From the NCBI GenBank assembly GCA_038844785.1, contig JAWBRA010000004.1:12225-76224 (forward strand): DNA of 64,000 nt, in the 5' to 3' direction. Made by a program: the position numbers and the translations under genes. The notes beneath the pieces are model-generated. The model saw only the letters and a list, made by a program, of their open reading frames with translations. It searched no databases and was not told where the DNA came from. The stretch is from Candidatus Caldarchaeum sp. (lineage in GTDB: Archaea; Thermoproteota; Nitrososphaeria_A; Caldarchaeales; Caldarchaeaceae). Shown here piece after piece: positions 39,784 through 50,140 of this stretch; the stretch's first letter is position 1, and the number at the start of each line of letters is the position of its first letter.

Positions 39784-40235
39784 GTACGAAGATTCCCGAG
39801 CTGACGGTTGGAGCTTTTATAGTAGCTCATGATGGCAGCGTTCTACTTGTCGTAAGCCCCAAATGGGGTTATCTTTACTCTATACCGGGCGGGCACGTCC
39901 GTCACGGCGAGAGTGTTTTTGAAGCCGTCGTCAGAGAGGCGAGAGAGGAGGTGGGGGTTGAAGTAAAACCAGTGAAAGTGATTGCTTTCCAGGAAGTTTG
40001 CCACCCTACGCAGTTCTACGATAGAGACAGGCATTTCATCTTCGTGGATATTTTATGTAGAGCTTCTTCGAAAAAGGTGAGGGTGGACGGGCAGGAGGCA
40101 GTTGGCTACGCATGGGTTATGCCGAGGAAAGCGTTGGAGCTTCCGCTTGAACAATACACCGAAAGACTCATACTTTATTATCTGAAAAGCAGGAGGCTCA
40201 CCAGCCCAGCCTTCTTCCCATCAGCTTTCCAATAG
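39780..40235 (+). CDS. Nudix hydrolase
   Basis: Nudix box GGHVRHGESVFEAVVREAREEVG. Confidence 0.92.
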   Translation: MSTKIPELTVGAFIVAHDGSVLLVVSPKWGYLYSIPGGHVRHGESVFEAVVREAREEVGVEVKPVKVIAFQEVCHPTQFYDRDRHFIFVDILCRASSKKVRVDGQEAVGYAWVMPRKALELPLEQYTERLILYYLKSRRLTSPAFFPSAFQ

Positions 40236-41481
40236 CAACCGCCGAAACAAGACTTACGGCTGCGATGGTTGTCGCCCACCACTCCATATTCTCCCCGACG
40301 ATGTTGGGGATGGAGATCTGGAAGGAGAGTGAGGCCGAAGACCCTATTATGACGACCTTCGTAGACCAGTGTGGGATGTAGAGTACTATCTGAATCCCGC
40401 TGCCGGTTATGGCTAAAAAGTATTTGGGCTCGTTTGAACTGCCTGAAAGAACTTCTGTCACGGTTTGCGCAAGCACTGCTGGAGAGCCGTCCACCCTGAC
40501 CGTGATGTCACGGGTCAGGTAGTTTCTCATGAAGCTTTTGTCCACGTCTATTATCACCAGCTTTCCAGCGTTTTCTCTGGTTGAGGAAAGAACGAGACGG
40601 ACGAGGTTTTGCTCAAAGGCATAGCTTTGGACGACCACGTCGTACTCTGTTTTGTCTAGCTGAAGCTTGTTTGACGGCCTGCTGAGAGAGATCACCGCTC
40701 CTATGGCGGTGTTTTCACCTAAATGTATCTCTTTTTCCTCGTTAGCCGGCCCGACGCTTTTCACGGTCTCCCGCTGTATTATCAACGTGTTACCTAGGTT
40801 TATGAAGGCGTTTTTTGAGACTACGACGGTGTCGTTCGGATAGCGCAGCCTCTCCTCTGTGAAATATACTTTAACAACTTCCCTTGAGGTTGAAATCGAC
40901 GCAATGCTAACTTCTGTCTCTTCCCCTTCGGCCTCACCGGTTCTCCTGACTTTTATGTTCAGCGGTTTGCCGGCTAGAACTGTTTTGACACCCTCCAGAA
41001 GTGTTTCGGCTTTGCTGAGCAAGGATGATGAACCGGCGTCGTCAGAGGCCTGCTCGAACAGTTGTTCTGCTGCGTCAACCAAGGCCGCCGCAACTCCCTG
41101 AGCCATGCTCTTAAGCAGGTAAACATCGCTCAAAACGGACAGAGCTTTACCAGCTTTCTCCGGGTCTTTTTCGTAGAACCTCCAGACCTTTTGGAGCTGG
41201 CGGGAAAGCCTGCTCACTGTTGTCTGCATCTCCGCAAGAACGGTGGACGGGGTTGCAGGATCTTTTAGACGCGTCTCTGCCTGCGTTAGGATGTTTTCGA
41301 AGACTTCAACCTTGAACCCCGCTTCTTTGAGTTTTGTCAGAACGGTGTGAGCGTTGCGGATATTTTCATTCCCCTGTATGCTGAGGGAGAAAGCTGGATC
41401 GGCCAGAGTGAATGCCGAGAAAGCCAGCACCATCACGGCCAGCAAAGTAGCTAACGCGACTCTTACCAAACCTAGCTCCAC
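40198..41481 (-). CDS. Cell-surface protein: signal peptide, helical domain, beta-sandwich, C-terminal TM anchor
   Basis: Hydrophobic N-terminus, IPHWST near the C-terminus, TM helix followed by KLMGRR. Confidence 0.75.
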   Translation of the reverse strand: MELGLVRVALATLLAVMVLAFSAFTLADPAFSLSIQGNENIRNAHTVLTKLKEAGFKVEVFENILTQAETRLKDPATPSTVLAEMQTTVSRLSRQLQKVWRFYEKDPEKAGKALSVLSDVYLLKSMAQGVAAALVDAAEQLFEQASDDAGSSSLLSKAETLLEGVKTVLAGKPLNIKVRRTGEAEGEETEVSIASISTSREVVKVYFTEERLRYPNDTVVVSKNAFINLGNTLIIQRETVKSVGPANEEKEIHLGENTAIGAVISLSRPSNKLQLDKTEYDVVVQSYAFEQNLVRLVLSSTRENAGKLVIIDVDKSFMRNYLTRDITVRVDGSPAVLAQTVTEVLSGSSNEPKYFLAITGSGIQIVLYIPHWSTKVVIIGSSASLSFQISIPNIVGENMEWWATTIAAVSLVSAVAIGKLMGRRLGW

Positions 41482-41512
41482 ACTCTAAAGCCCCTATTTA
41501 TTGAAATTATAG

Positions 41513-41526
41513 TCTAACTAGTTAGA
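41513..41526. promoter_or_regulatory. Perfect 14-bp palindrome TCTAACTAGTTAGA in a divergent promoter
   Basis: Read directly; lies between two divergent starts and TATA-like TTATA elements. Confidence 0.55.
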
Positions 41527-41570
41527 ACAAAACAGTTTATACCCTCCGAGTTCGAAGTTAGAAGGTAAAC

Positions 41571-42434
41571 ATGGCGGCGGAAAAAGGTTCAGATTTAGTT
41601 AGCGTGTCTAATGCATTAGAACAGAAGGATGAAAAACTACTGTTTTATACTCTGCTGAAGAATCCGGTAAGGAGACAGATAATATCCCTTTTAAAGGAAA
41701 ACGGCGCCATGGCCGCCACCGAGCTTAAAAAGATTTTAGGGATTAGCGTGGGAACCCTCTACTACCACCTGGAGTTTATGCATCCATACGTTGTCAAAAC
41801 CTCGAAAAGAAAGTACATGCTGAGCGATAAAGGGTTTCGCTTGGTCGAGTCGATGAAAATATCCGATTTACTCGCCGAGTCGAGCTTAGGAACACTGCAG
41901 GGGCCGAGGAGAATTCTTCTAGCCCTGTCTCTCAACCCGTTGCTTGACAGAATACAGCTTTCCAACGCGACTCTGATACCTGTTTCAGCCCTCTCAGCAA
42001 TCCTCTACATGCTGTTTTCATGGCGTGTCTCCAACAGCCAGCTGCTTTTCCATTTTCGGCAAATGCCTTCCCCAGAGCTGGCTTTGTTGATGTCGGCGGG
42101 AAACATTCTGCTTCTGTTCACGCTTTTAACTTTGGCCGGTCTTGCTGCCAGCATGCGGTTCGGAGGAGAGTCGGTAATACTTGCAACGCTGCCTATCGCG
42201 CTAACCCCCTCGAACATCCTATTGACATACTTTACAGTTCTTTCAGGCTTCGGCCTGCTATCCAACCCTACAGTAGCATCAGCTACCACTTTGGTGTACA
42301 TATTCAGTCACGTGTGGCAGCTAGCAGCGATATCAGCTGTCTTGGTGAGCGCGAAGGGTGTCAGCTGGGAAAAGTCTGTAGCCGTTACAATAGCCCTGTC
42401 ATACGTCAGCCTTTTTATCTCACAGAACTTTTAA
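41571..42434 (+). CDS. ArsR-like wHTH fused to a roughly 5-TM membrane domain
   Basis: LKNPVRRQII...GTLYYHL...YMLSDKG followed by hydrophobic helices. Confidence 0.82.
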   Translation: MAAEKGSDLVSVSNALEQKDEKLLFYTLLKNPVRRQIISLLKENGAMAATELKKILGISVGTLYYHLEFMHPYVVKTSKRKYMLSDKGFRLVESMKISDLLAESSLGTLQGPRRILLALSLNPLLDRIQLSNATLIPVSALSAILYMLFSWRVSNSQLLFHFRQMPSPELALLMSAGNILLLFTLLTLAGLAASMRFGGESVILATLPIALTPSNILLTYFTVLSGFGLLSNPTVASATTLVYIFSHVWQLAAISAVLVSAKGVSWEKSVAVTIALSYVSLFISQNF

Positions 42435-42466
42435 ATTAACGTCTTGAGTCATCTGCGGTTGAAAAA

Positions 42467-43303
42467 ATGAAGGACTACGTCAGGATGACCAAGCCTAAGA
42501 TAACTCTACTCAACATTCTTACGGCTGCAACAGCTCATATACTCGCCGGCTGGCATCCCGCCAGCCTTCTACATCTGGCTGTGGCTGGCTATCTATCTGT
42601 CGGCGGTGCTAGCGCGATTAACCACTACTTTGACAAGGATGTTGACGCCAAAATGGCTAGGACTGCGAAGAGACCTATCCCATCAGGCCGTGTCAAGCCA
42701 AAGTATGCGTTGGCGTTCGGCTGCGGGCTTTTAGCGTTGTCTGCTGTCTACTCGGCGGTTTTCCTGAACCTTTTGACCTTAGGATTCATCATGCTCGGCG
42801 CCTTTATTTACATCTTTGTTTACACGGTTTGGCTTAAGCGCCGGTCTATGTTGAACATCGTGATAGGCGGGGCTGCGGGAAGCTGCTCCCCTCTGGCTGG
42901 ATGGGCGGCTTCCGGAAGAGAGATAACACTCGTTCCGATACTCATGGCCTTGGTCGTATTTCTATGGACGCCGGGCCATTTCTGGGCTCTCGCCATCAGG
43001 GCTGCCAAAGACTATCAGGCTGCAGGAATCCCCATGCTGCCCGTCAAGCATGGTGTGAAAGCCTCGGGTGTAGCTGTTTTGGTGTCGAACTTGGCGGCTG
43101 TAGCTGCAGCAGCAGCCCTCGCCGCATACGTTCAAGACCCGGCAGCATATCTAGCTATAACAGCTCCGGCTTCCGCCTGGCTTTTGTACGAGAATTTTAA
43201 AACAATTCAGCTCTCTTCCATGGCTTATGCTTGGAGGTCTTTCAAAGTATCGAGCCCATGGCTTGCCGCCGTCTTTTCAGCTCTACTCTTATCACTACGT
43301 TAG
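42467..43303 (+). CDS. cyoE: Protoheme IX farnesyltransferase (heme o synthase)
   Basis: TKPKI, NHYFDKDVDAKMARTAKRPIPSG, YTVWLKRR, WTPGHFWAL. Confidence 0.95.
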   Translation: MKDYVRMTKPKITLLNILTAATAHILAGWHPASLLHLAVAGYLSVGGASAINHYFDKDVDAKMARTAKRPIPSGRVKPKYALAFGCGLLALSAVYSAVFLNLLTLGFIMLGAFIYIFVYTVWLKRRSMLNIVIGGAAGSCSPLAGWAASGREITLVPILMALVVFLWTPGHFWALAIRAAKDYQAAGIPMLPVKHGVKASGVAVLVSNLAAVAAAAALAAYVQDPAAYLAITAPASAWLLYENFKTIQLSSMAYAWRSFKVSSPWLAAVFSALLLSLR

Positions 43304-44008
43304 AAAGACTGGGAGGTTTGACGAACACCAGTAGACAGTGCCAAATACGTCCATGTGTGTTTTCACGGCGCGTACTTCGACACCAGCCTCAGCTGCCTTC
43401 AGGAGAAGCTTCCTGATTTTAGGGTCTCCCTCATCGCAGGGGGTGAAAAACTTTGCTAGCGGGTGGGCTGCCACAAAAACAATTATCGAAGGGTTTTGTT
43501 TGCGGAGAGACTCAAGCAGTTGTATGTGGCGTCTCCCCCTCATGGAGACTGTGTCGGGGTACATGGCCGCCCCGTCCTCCCGCAGGTAGACAGCGGATTT
43601 AAGCTCGACGAAAGTTTTTCCCCCTCTCTCGTCTGCAAAAACATAGTCTAGCCGGGTTTTCCCGACGACAACCTCTCTTCCAACCATTTTCAATCCTTTT
43701 AACCATTGTATTAGGCCGTTGTTGAAAGCTGTCTCGAATGCTTTAGATTGAAGCCTTGTGTCGATTAGGGCTGCGTGTTCTCCCACCACAACCCCGACCA
43801 GCGTACCAGCTGTTTTATGGGACTTTTTGGGTATGTACAGTATTTCAGCTCCTTCGACGAGCAAGTCCGTGAGCTTGCCAGTGTTGGTTATGTGCAGGAC
43901 CAGCTTCTCGCCGTCTAGTTGAGCCTGTCCAGAAAACCTGCTGAGCCTCGTGTTGAAACGGGCGCGTCGAACATCGAGTCCGAATAACGGCGTGCAGTCA
44001 CCTTTCAT
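43295..44008 (-). CDS. sfsA: SfsA-family nuclease
   Basis: HITNTGKL, RLDY, FVELKS, YPDTVSMRGRRH. Confidence 0.9.
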   Translation of the reverse strand: MKGDCTPLFGLDVRRARFNTRLSRFSGQAQLDGEKLVLHITNTGKLTDLLVEGAEILYIPKKSHKTAGTLVGVVVGEHAALIDTRLQSKAFETAFNNGLIQWLKGLKMVGREVVVGKTRLDYVFADERGGKTFVELKSAVYLREDGAAMYPDTVSMRGRRHIQLLESLRKQNPSIIVFVAAHPLAKFFTPCDEGDPKIRKLLLKAAEAGVEVRAVKTHMDVFGTVYWCSSNLPVFLT

Positions 44009-45130
44009 CTAGCTGCACATACTTTCTAGGAGACGGGCCAACATAAACAGCTCTCGGCCTTATCACACGGTTATCCTCCCAGTATTCCAGCACATGAGCT
44101 ATCCAGCCCACAGACCTGGCAACAGCAAACATCGGTGTGAATATTTCCTTCTCGAGCCCTAGCAGATGGAAGACAGGCCCCGAGTAGAGGTCTATGTTTG
44201 GAATGACCGATTTCATACCCAGCTCACGCACCATAACCTCCCCCAGCTTGTTAGCTATGTTGAGAAGCGTGTAGTCTTTTTTAATCTCGGACAACTGTTC
44301 AAGGTATTTTTTGTAGATAACGGCCCCAAGGTCAAAGGTCTTGTAAACCCTGTGTCCAAAACCCATTATCTTTTTCTTTGCAACAGGCTGTTCAAGGACA
44401 TATTTTTCGGCTTTCTCGGGAGACCCTATTGACATGAGCATTTCGAGAGCGCGTTCATTTGCACCACTGTGCAAAGGGCCCTTCAAAGCCCCTATCCCAG
44501 CGGTGATAGCTGAGTAAAGGTCTGCCATCGTTGATGCAACCACTAAGGCTGCGGTCGACGAGGCTGGAAGCTCATGCTCCGCATGTAAGATGAACGCCAT
44601 GTCTATAACCTTTGATTCAAAACTGCTTGGCCGCCGTCCAGTAGCCATGTAGAGAAAGTTTGCGGCATGCGGTAGGCTGGGGTCTGGGTCAACGGGTTCG
44701 AGGCCTTTCTTCAACCTGTAGACGGAGGCGGCCAAAGTTGCCAACTTTATTATTCTCACGGCGGCTTTCATCCATGCATCAACACACGTATTTTCAGCGT
44801 CGTTATCATATAGTGATAGTATGTCTAAGGAAGCTCTGACCACGCTTATCATCGGAGCTTCGCGAGGAAGTTCTTTAACAATATTAAGACAGCTGCGGGC
44901 AGTCTTCTTTCATCCCACAGTTTTCTGGAAAAATCTTCCAGCTCTTTCCTCGTCGGCAGCCTGCAGTGTAGAAGCAGGAAACACACCTCCTCGTAGGTAG
45001 AGTGTTCCGCAAGCTCTTCTATAGAGTAACCTAGGTAGTAGAGCTTTCCCCGCTCCACATCTATGTTTGAGAGTATTGTCTGCTTGATGGGGATGTTGTC
45101 GAGCCTTTTGTAAACACCTATGATGCTCAT
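43998..45130 (-). pseudogene. Citrate/2-methylcitrate synthase pseudogene
   Basis: GPLHSGANE, MGFGHRVYK, PNID; frameshift near 44875; conserved DPR reads DLG. Confidence 0.82.
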
Positions 45131-45172
45131 GAAGCGTGTTGAAATGTCGCAGCTATAAATAGATGTAGAAGT

Positions 45173-46879
45173 TTAAGCTTGCTGTTGTTGGGCCTTCTCT
45201 AACACTATTTCCCGTACACGCCTTCTCAACATTTTTCCCACGAGGGTTTTCGGCAACTCGTCGACAAAAACAAACTCAGAAGGTCTCTTGTATTCCGCAA
45301 GCTTCTTGCTACAACGCTCCATCAGCTTCTCCACCTCTTCAGATTTTTTCCTGTCAGGTTTGAGGACAACAGCCGCCACGATCTTCTCACCGACCACAGG
45401 GTCTGGAACACCGACTACGCAGGCTTCTTTGACAGCGTCGCTTTCGTACAAAACTTTTTCAATCTCCGCAGGAAAAACAGTAAAGCCTTTATGCTTTATG
45501 ACATCCTTCGCCCTCTCCACAAAGTAGAAGTAGCCTTCTTCGTCGACGCGGCCGAGGTCTCCTGTCAACAGCCATCTTCTGCCAGCCTCCATTATGAAGA
45601 CATGAGGTTCTCGCATGCCTAAATACCCCTGCATAACCTGCGGCCCTGAGACGGCGATTTCCCCGACCTGGCCTGGAAGGAGAAACTCCCTCGTCTGGGG
45701 GTCTACTATAGCTGCTAAAGTTGAGGGTATCGGTATGCCGAAAGAGCCTTTCTTCGTTCTGTCAGGCGGGTTGACATGGGTCACGGGCGACGCCTCGGTC
45801 AGACCGTAGCCCTCGACAATTCTCTTGCCGAACTTTCTTTCAAATTCATCAGCAACTTCTGCTGGGAGCATGTCAGCCCCTGAGATAACCAGCTTCAAGC
45901 TAGGATACTTCACTTCCTCCGCCAGCTTGTGCTTCGACATAACGTTGAAAAGCGTGGGCACGCCCGGGAAAACGGTGACAGCGTATTTGCTCAGGTCTTT
46001 CATGAATTTTTCAAGCTCAAGCCTCGGGAAGATGATGAGCTTATTCCCTTTCGTGAGACCGGTGCCTATGAGAACTGTTTGGCCGTAGATGTGGTAGAAC
46101 GGGAGTATGGCTGCGAATACCTCCCCAGCCTCCACGACGTAAGGCTTTATCATCTCATACATCTGGAAAATGTTTGACAGAATGTTTGCGTGTGTAAGCA
46201 TGACACCTTTCGGAAAGCCTGTGGTGCCGCCGGTAAACTGCAGAGACGCCAAATCTTTCTCAGGGTCGATTTCCGCTTTCAGCTTTTCCTCCGGAGTTTT
46301 GAGCATGTCTAAATAAAGTTTTATGTAAGGGTGCGATGGAAGTTTTTTAGAAGGTATCTTCTTCAGCAGTTTGCCCAATGTTCTCTTGAAGCTTGGAAGA
46401 TGGTCGGCTATGTTGGTCACAATAATATGTTTAAGATTGGTTTTCGGCAATGCCTCCATTACGCTGTCTACGAAGAGGTCCAAGCATATTATCGCTGACG
46501 CCGAGGAGAGGCTGCAGAGCTGGGCAATCTCGCTCGCTGTGCTTAACGGGTTTATTGGAACGACGGTTGCACCTGTTTTCAAGCTACCGTAGTAAGCAAC
46601 GATAAACTGAACGCTGTTGGGTAGGAGGATGGCAACGTTACTACCTTTACCAACCCCAAGCTTGGACAAGGCCGTCGCAAACCTAGCAACATACTGTTTC
46701 AGAGCAGAGAAGGTGAAGGACGTGTCTAGGAAAACGCATGCAACTTTTTCGCTGTACTGGTCGCAAGCTTGGTCAAAAAAATCTGGCAACGAAATTCGAG
46801 GAGCCGATATGTTCGGGTTAACCGTTTTATCGTAAAACCTTGTCCAAGGTCTACTAAGCACAAACTCTAAACCATTCAT
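45173..46879 (-). CDS. Long-chain fatty acid--CoA ligase
   Basis: FTGGTTGFPKG, EGYGLTEASP, TGDLG, LPKTLVGK; start likely ATG 46879. Confidence 0.92.
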   Translation of the reverse strand: MNGLEFVLSRPWTRFYDKTVNPNISAPRISLPDFFDQACDQYSEKVACVFLDTSFTFSALKQYVARFATALSKLGVGKGSNVAILLPNSVQFIVAYYGSLKTGATVVPINPLSTASEIAQLCSLSSASAIICLDLFVDSVMEALPKTNLKHIIVTNIADHLPSFKRTLGKLLKKIPSKKLPSHPYIKLYLDMLKTPEEKLKAEIDPEKDLASLQFTGGTTGFPKGVMLTHANILSNIFQMYEMIKPYVVEAGEVFAAILPFYHIYGQTVLIGTGLTKGNKLIIFPRLELEKFMKDLSKYAVTVFPGVPTLFNVMSKHKLAEEVKYPSLKLVISGADMLPAEVADEFERKFGKRIVEGYGLTEASPVTHVNPPDRTKKGSFGIPIPSTLAAIVDPQTREFLLPGQVGEIAVSGPQVMQGYLGMREPHVFIMEAGRRWLLTGDLGRVDEEGYFYFVERAKDVIKHKGFTVFPAEIEKVLYESDAVKEACVVGVPDPVVGEKIVAAVVLKPDRKKSEEVEKLMERCSKKLAEYKRPSEFVFVDELPKTLVGKMLRRRVREIVLEKAQQQQA

Positions 46880-46931
46880 GGGTTTAATGTCTGAACAAAC
46901 ACTTAAAAGGATTTTCTCCTCCCTATTAGAC

Positions 46932-47294
46932 GTGGTCGAGATAGTATACAGCCCCGTCAAAGCCATAGTCATACTGGAGTATATCAAGTACTCGACGGCT
47001 GAGGAGCTTATCAGAAACCTGTTGCTTCCGCCAGGCCAGCCCGCTGTCCTCTACTGGGCTGAAGGCGTTGTCTTTTTCCCGATACCTCTGGCTGCCAACA
47101 ACACGAAAGTTGTTGAGGAGCTGATGAACGGCCGGATTTACTGGATGAGCGTCTCATTCGCTCCTATGACCGCTTATACTCCTATGTTGAGCGCTGAGAA
47201 AGGCCCTGAGGCGATGGTTATCAACGTCTCCCGCAGCCAAACTCTTTCACAAGTGGCCAAATGGCTTAAAGAACGGTTACAAGCTGGTTCTTAG
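46932..47294 (+). CDS. Conserved archaeal hypothetical protein
   Basis: Clean globular-looking ORF (LYWAEGVVF); start at GTG 46932 inferred from TATA-like CTTAAAA. Confidence 0.65.
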   Translation: MVEIVYSPVKAIVILEYIKYSTAEELIRNLLLPPGQPAVLYWAEGVVFFPIPLAANNTKVVEELMNGRIYWMSVSFAPMTAYTPMLSAEKGPEAMVINVSRSQTLSQVAKWLKERLQAGS

Positions 47295-48059
47295 GTCTAG
47301 GACCCAGTGCCACAGCTTCGGAGAATAGGATTTGACAGCCCGTTTGCCTTCCAGCTCCAGTTTAAAACCCTGCTCGTCTGCTATCGCCTTACAGCGTTCG
47401 TAAAGATCTTTCCATCCGTCAACTGGTTTAGCCAGCTCGTGGAAATGTATGTGACCGCCCTCAACCTTAACAATCTTTAAAGCCGTCGGAAAACAGTCCA
47501 AAGTGCCGGGAAAATATCCCATTACAACCCTGTTGGCTGAAGCCTCTAAACCGTAGGAAGGAGCCTTCCTGCAGTCGTCCAGGAAAGCCGTCACCTTACG
47601 CTCCACTTTGTTGAGCTTGAGGTTTTCAATGAGGTATCTGTATGCTTCGGGGTTTATCTCGAATGCGTAAACCTTTTCGGCCTGAGACTTGGCCAGTGGT
47701 ATGGTGAACTGGCCGACTCCGGCGAACATGTCTACTATAACCTCTCCTCGCCGAGGCAGGCTTCTCATCCTTCTTCTCTCAAAGCTGTTTCCCAGGGAAA
47801 ACATCAGCTTTTGGACGTCGAGCTTGTAGACGATGCCGTTTTCACGGTGGAGTGTCTCCGTCACAGGCAATCCAGCCAAAACCCTTGTTCTAGGAACCCT
47901 GTGAACCCCTTCTACCCCCTCAATCAAAACCACGGTTTTTACCCTGCTGTTCTCTCTTAGAAGTTTCTGAGCTACTTCCTCCACACTGTCCTTAAACCCC
48001 AGAGGGATACGCATCAGAGCAACATGTCCTAAATATTTGACGCTCGGCCTCGACAGCAC
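47277..48059 (-). CDS. Taw2/Trm5-family SAM-dependent tRNA-modifying enzyme
   Basis: HRENG, MFSLGN-x-x-ER, DMFAGVGQF, EINP, VKSYSP. Confidence 0.88.
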   Translation of the reverse strand: MLSRPSVKYLGHVALMRIPLGFKDSVEEVAQKLLRENSRVKTVVLIEGVEGVHRVPRTRVLAGLPVTETLHRENGIVYKLDVQKLMFSLGNSFERRRMRSLPRRGEVIVDMFAGVGQFTIPLAKSQAEKVYAFEINPEAYRYLIENLKLNKVERKVTAFLDDCRKAPSYGLEASANRVVMGYFPGTLDCFPTALKIVKVEGGHIHFHELAKPVDGWKDLYERCKAIADEQGFKLELEGKRAVKSYSPKLWHWVLDLRTSL

Positions 48060-48129
48060 GGCTTCCCGGAATAAGTTTACGGCAGACAGGTTTTAAGCCT
48101 TAATAGATAAAGACAGTTAAGGAAAGCCC

Positions 48130-48510
48130 GTGAGCGAGGAGAAGAAAAAGAAACCTGAAAAGAAGAAGGCACCTGAGAAGAAGGAGGAGACAGCTCAAAA
48201 AGGGGTTTTAGGCGTGTCCACTCCCTCGTTGGACGAGGTGACCGATTTCCTCAAGGGTGTGAAGGTTGTTACACCTTCTCTTTTTGCGGAGAGGTTCAAG
48301 ACCAGGGTTTCCGTAGCCAAATCGATTTTACGCGACCTCGTCTCCAAAGGCCTGTTACGGGAGGTAGTGGGCGTCAACAGGATACGGGTTTATGAGCCGT
48401 TGGTAAAGGTGCAGGCCACAGCTTCGGGGCCGAAAGTGGTGGAAGCGGAAGTTAAGCCGAAGAAGGCTAAGAAGTCTTCAAAACAAACCGCATCCGAGAC
48501 CCAACCCTAG
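48130..48510 (+). CDS. rps25e: 30S ribosomal protein eS25
   Basis: Lys-rich N-terminus, KVVTPS...SVAKSILRDLVSKGL wHTH. Confidence 0.8.
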   Translation: MSEEKKKKPEKKKAPEKKEETAQKGVLGVSTPSLDEVTDFLKGVKVVTPSLFAERFKTRVSVAKSILRDLVSKGLLREVVGVNRIRVYEPLVKVQATASGPKVVEAEVKPKKAKKSSKQTASETQP

Positions 48511-48841
48511 CTTTCTCCAAAACAACATGCCCAGCGCCTACGGAGCCAATTTTCAAGGTTTGAGCCCTCGGCACATGTTCTCTCAACGATACGCCGACGA
48601 CTCTCTCAGGGGGCCAGTAGAATATGTCTCCAGCGGAGAGCTTGGGTGTTGATTTTTCAACACCCCGCTGCATGTCTGTTACTATGTAGACCGCATTATC
48701 CCAACGTGCCACAAACCCCTCCAAAGGCATTCGCTTAACAATCTCAGCAACAGTCAAGGGTGCTGAAAACCTGTGGAGCTCGCCTTCAACTGGTTCGAGG
48801 CCCTCAACCTGTACAATTATTGGAATGCGTGCGGCTGTCAT
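48467..48841 (-). CDS. Cyclophilin-like fold protein (DUF369-like)
   Basis: APLTV...MPLEG...W, GDIFYWPP. Confidence 0.8.
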   Translation of the reverse strand: MTAARIPIIVQVEGLEPVEGELHRFSAPLTVAEIVKRMPLEGFVARWDNAVYIVTDMQRGVEKSTPKLSAGDIFYWPPERVVGVSLREHVPRAQTLKIGSVGAGHVVLEKARVGSRMRFVLKTS

Positions 48842-50070
48842 TCGCCGAACATCTCAAGGACCCCGAGGTAGTTGGCTATGATAGGCATTAGGTCGACGCC
48901 CCGTATCCTTCCAAGCCCGCCTTGCGAGCATGAGATTTCGTCAAACATATTGACCATGTCCCCCCTCACTTCAGTCCCCCACACAAGCAGCGGAACCGGG
49001 TCTCCTCGATGGTCTCCAATCTCCGAGGGAGTGGTATGGTCTCCGGTCACGCTTAAGTATGTGTTTGACGGTATGCGGTCGACCAAAGCCTCTAACGCCC
49101 CCGCTATCTTCTCTATCATTCTGACTTTTTCCAACGGCTTCCTATCATGGCTAACTGTGTCCGTGGCTTTGACGTGGAGGAGGACGAACTCATGGGTTTT
49201 GAGGGCTTGTAGGGTGGCTTCAACCTTTCCCACGAGGTTTGTGTTAACAGTCCCCGTAGCCCCCTCTACTTCTACAACGTTGAAGCCAGCAGCCTTACAA
49301 ACCCCTTTGTAAAGAGCTCCCCCCGCCACCACGGCAGCATTCAATCCATACTTTTCCTTGAAGCTGGGAATCTTCGGCAGAACGCCTGCGCCGCGGGTGA
49401 GCAGAAAGTTGGCTGGATGCAGCCCCTTCTTCAACCTCGCCAGGTTGACTGGATTGGCTGAGAGCACATCCTTGCTCCATGCCAGAAACTTCGCTAAAAC
49501 CTCTGCAGTAAAACGTGCTTCTTTGCTTCCGTCCAACGGCCTAGGCATCTGCACGGGGACACCGTTTTGATGCGGGTCGACGTTGGAGACTTTGTGCGAG
49601 AGGCCATCGCCCCTCATGACAAGCACGCCCCTGTGCTCTACTGTGTGTTTGATGAAGATCTCCACACCGTCTATGGTTGTTTTTCCGATTTCCTCAGCCA
49701 GCTGACGCCCTTCCTCTGTAGATATCCTTCCCGCTCGACGGTCTATAAGCACGTTGTTCTGGCTGACTGTTCCGAAGTTGCATCGAAAAGCCACGTCGTT
49801 CTCCTTTAATTCAAAACCAGCTCCCAAAGCCTCGAAAGGCCCACGGCCAGTATAGTAGCGGTATGGGTCATATCCTAATAGTGCTAAGTGTCCCGTGTCG
49901 CTTCCGTTGGGAACGCCGGGGGAGACTACGTCGACCAGCCCTGTCTCCCCCTCAGCCGCCAGCCTGTCGAACAACTTTGCCCGAGCAGTTTGAAGAGGGG
50001 TTAAGCCATTTAAAGCCTTGCAACGCCTGTCTCCCAGCCCGTCCAAAACAATCAAAACAGCGTTCATCAC
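48838..50070 (-). CDS. apgM: 2,3-bisphosphoglycerate-independent phosphoglycerate mutase
   Basis: LDGLGDR, GSDTGHL, GRGPFEALG, HVKATD..H, TGDHTTP. Confidence 0.95.
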   Translation of the reverse strand: MMNAVLIVLDGLGDRRCKALNGLTPLQTARAKLFDRLAAEGETGLVDVVSPGVPNGSDTGHLALLGYDPYRYYTGRGPFEALGAGFELKENDVAFRCNFGTVSQNNVLIDRRAGRISTEEGRQLAEEIGKTTIDGVEIFIKHTVEHRGVLVMRGDGLSHKVSNVDPHQNGVPVQMPRPLDGSKEARFTAEVLAKFLAWSKDVLSANPVNLARLKKGLHPANFLLTRGAGVLPKIPSFKEKYGLNAAVVAGGALYKGVCKAAGFNVVEVEGATGTVNTNLVGKVEATLQALKTHEFVLLHVKATDTVSHDRKPLEKVRMIEKIAGALEALVDRIPSNTYLSVTGDHTTPSEIGDHRGDPVPLLVWGTEVRGDMVNMFDEISCSQGGLGRIRGVDLMPIIANYLGVLEMFGE

Positions 50071-50140
50071 CTCAGTCCCAGTAGAGCCCGCTATTAGTTT
50101 TTATAAGCCGCAGTAAAATGTTGTAAATAGGGTTGAAGCG

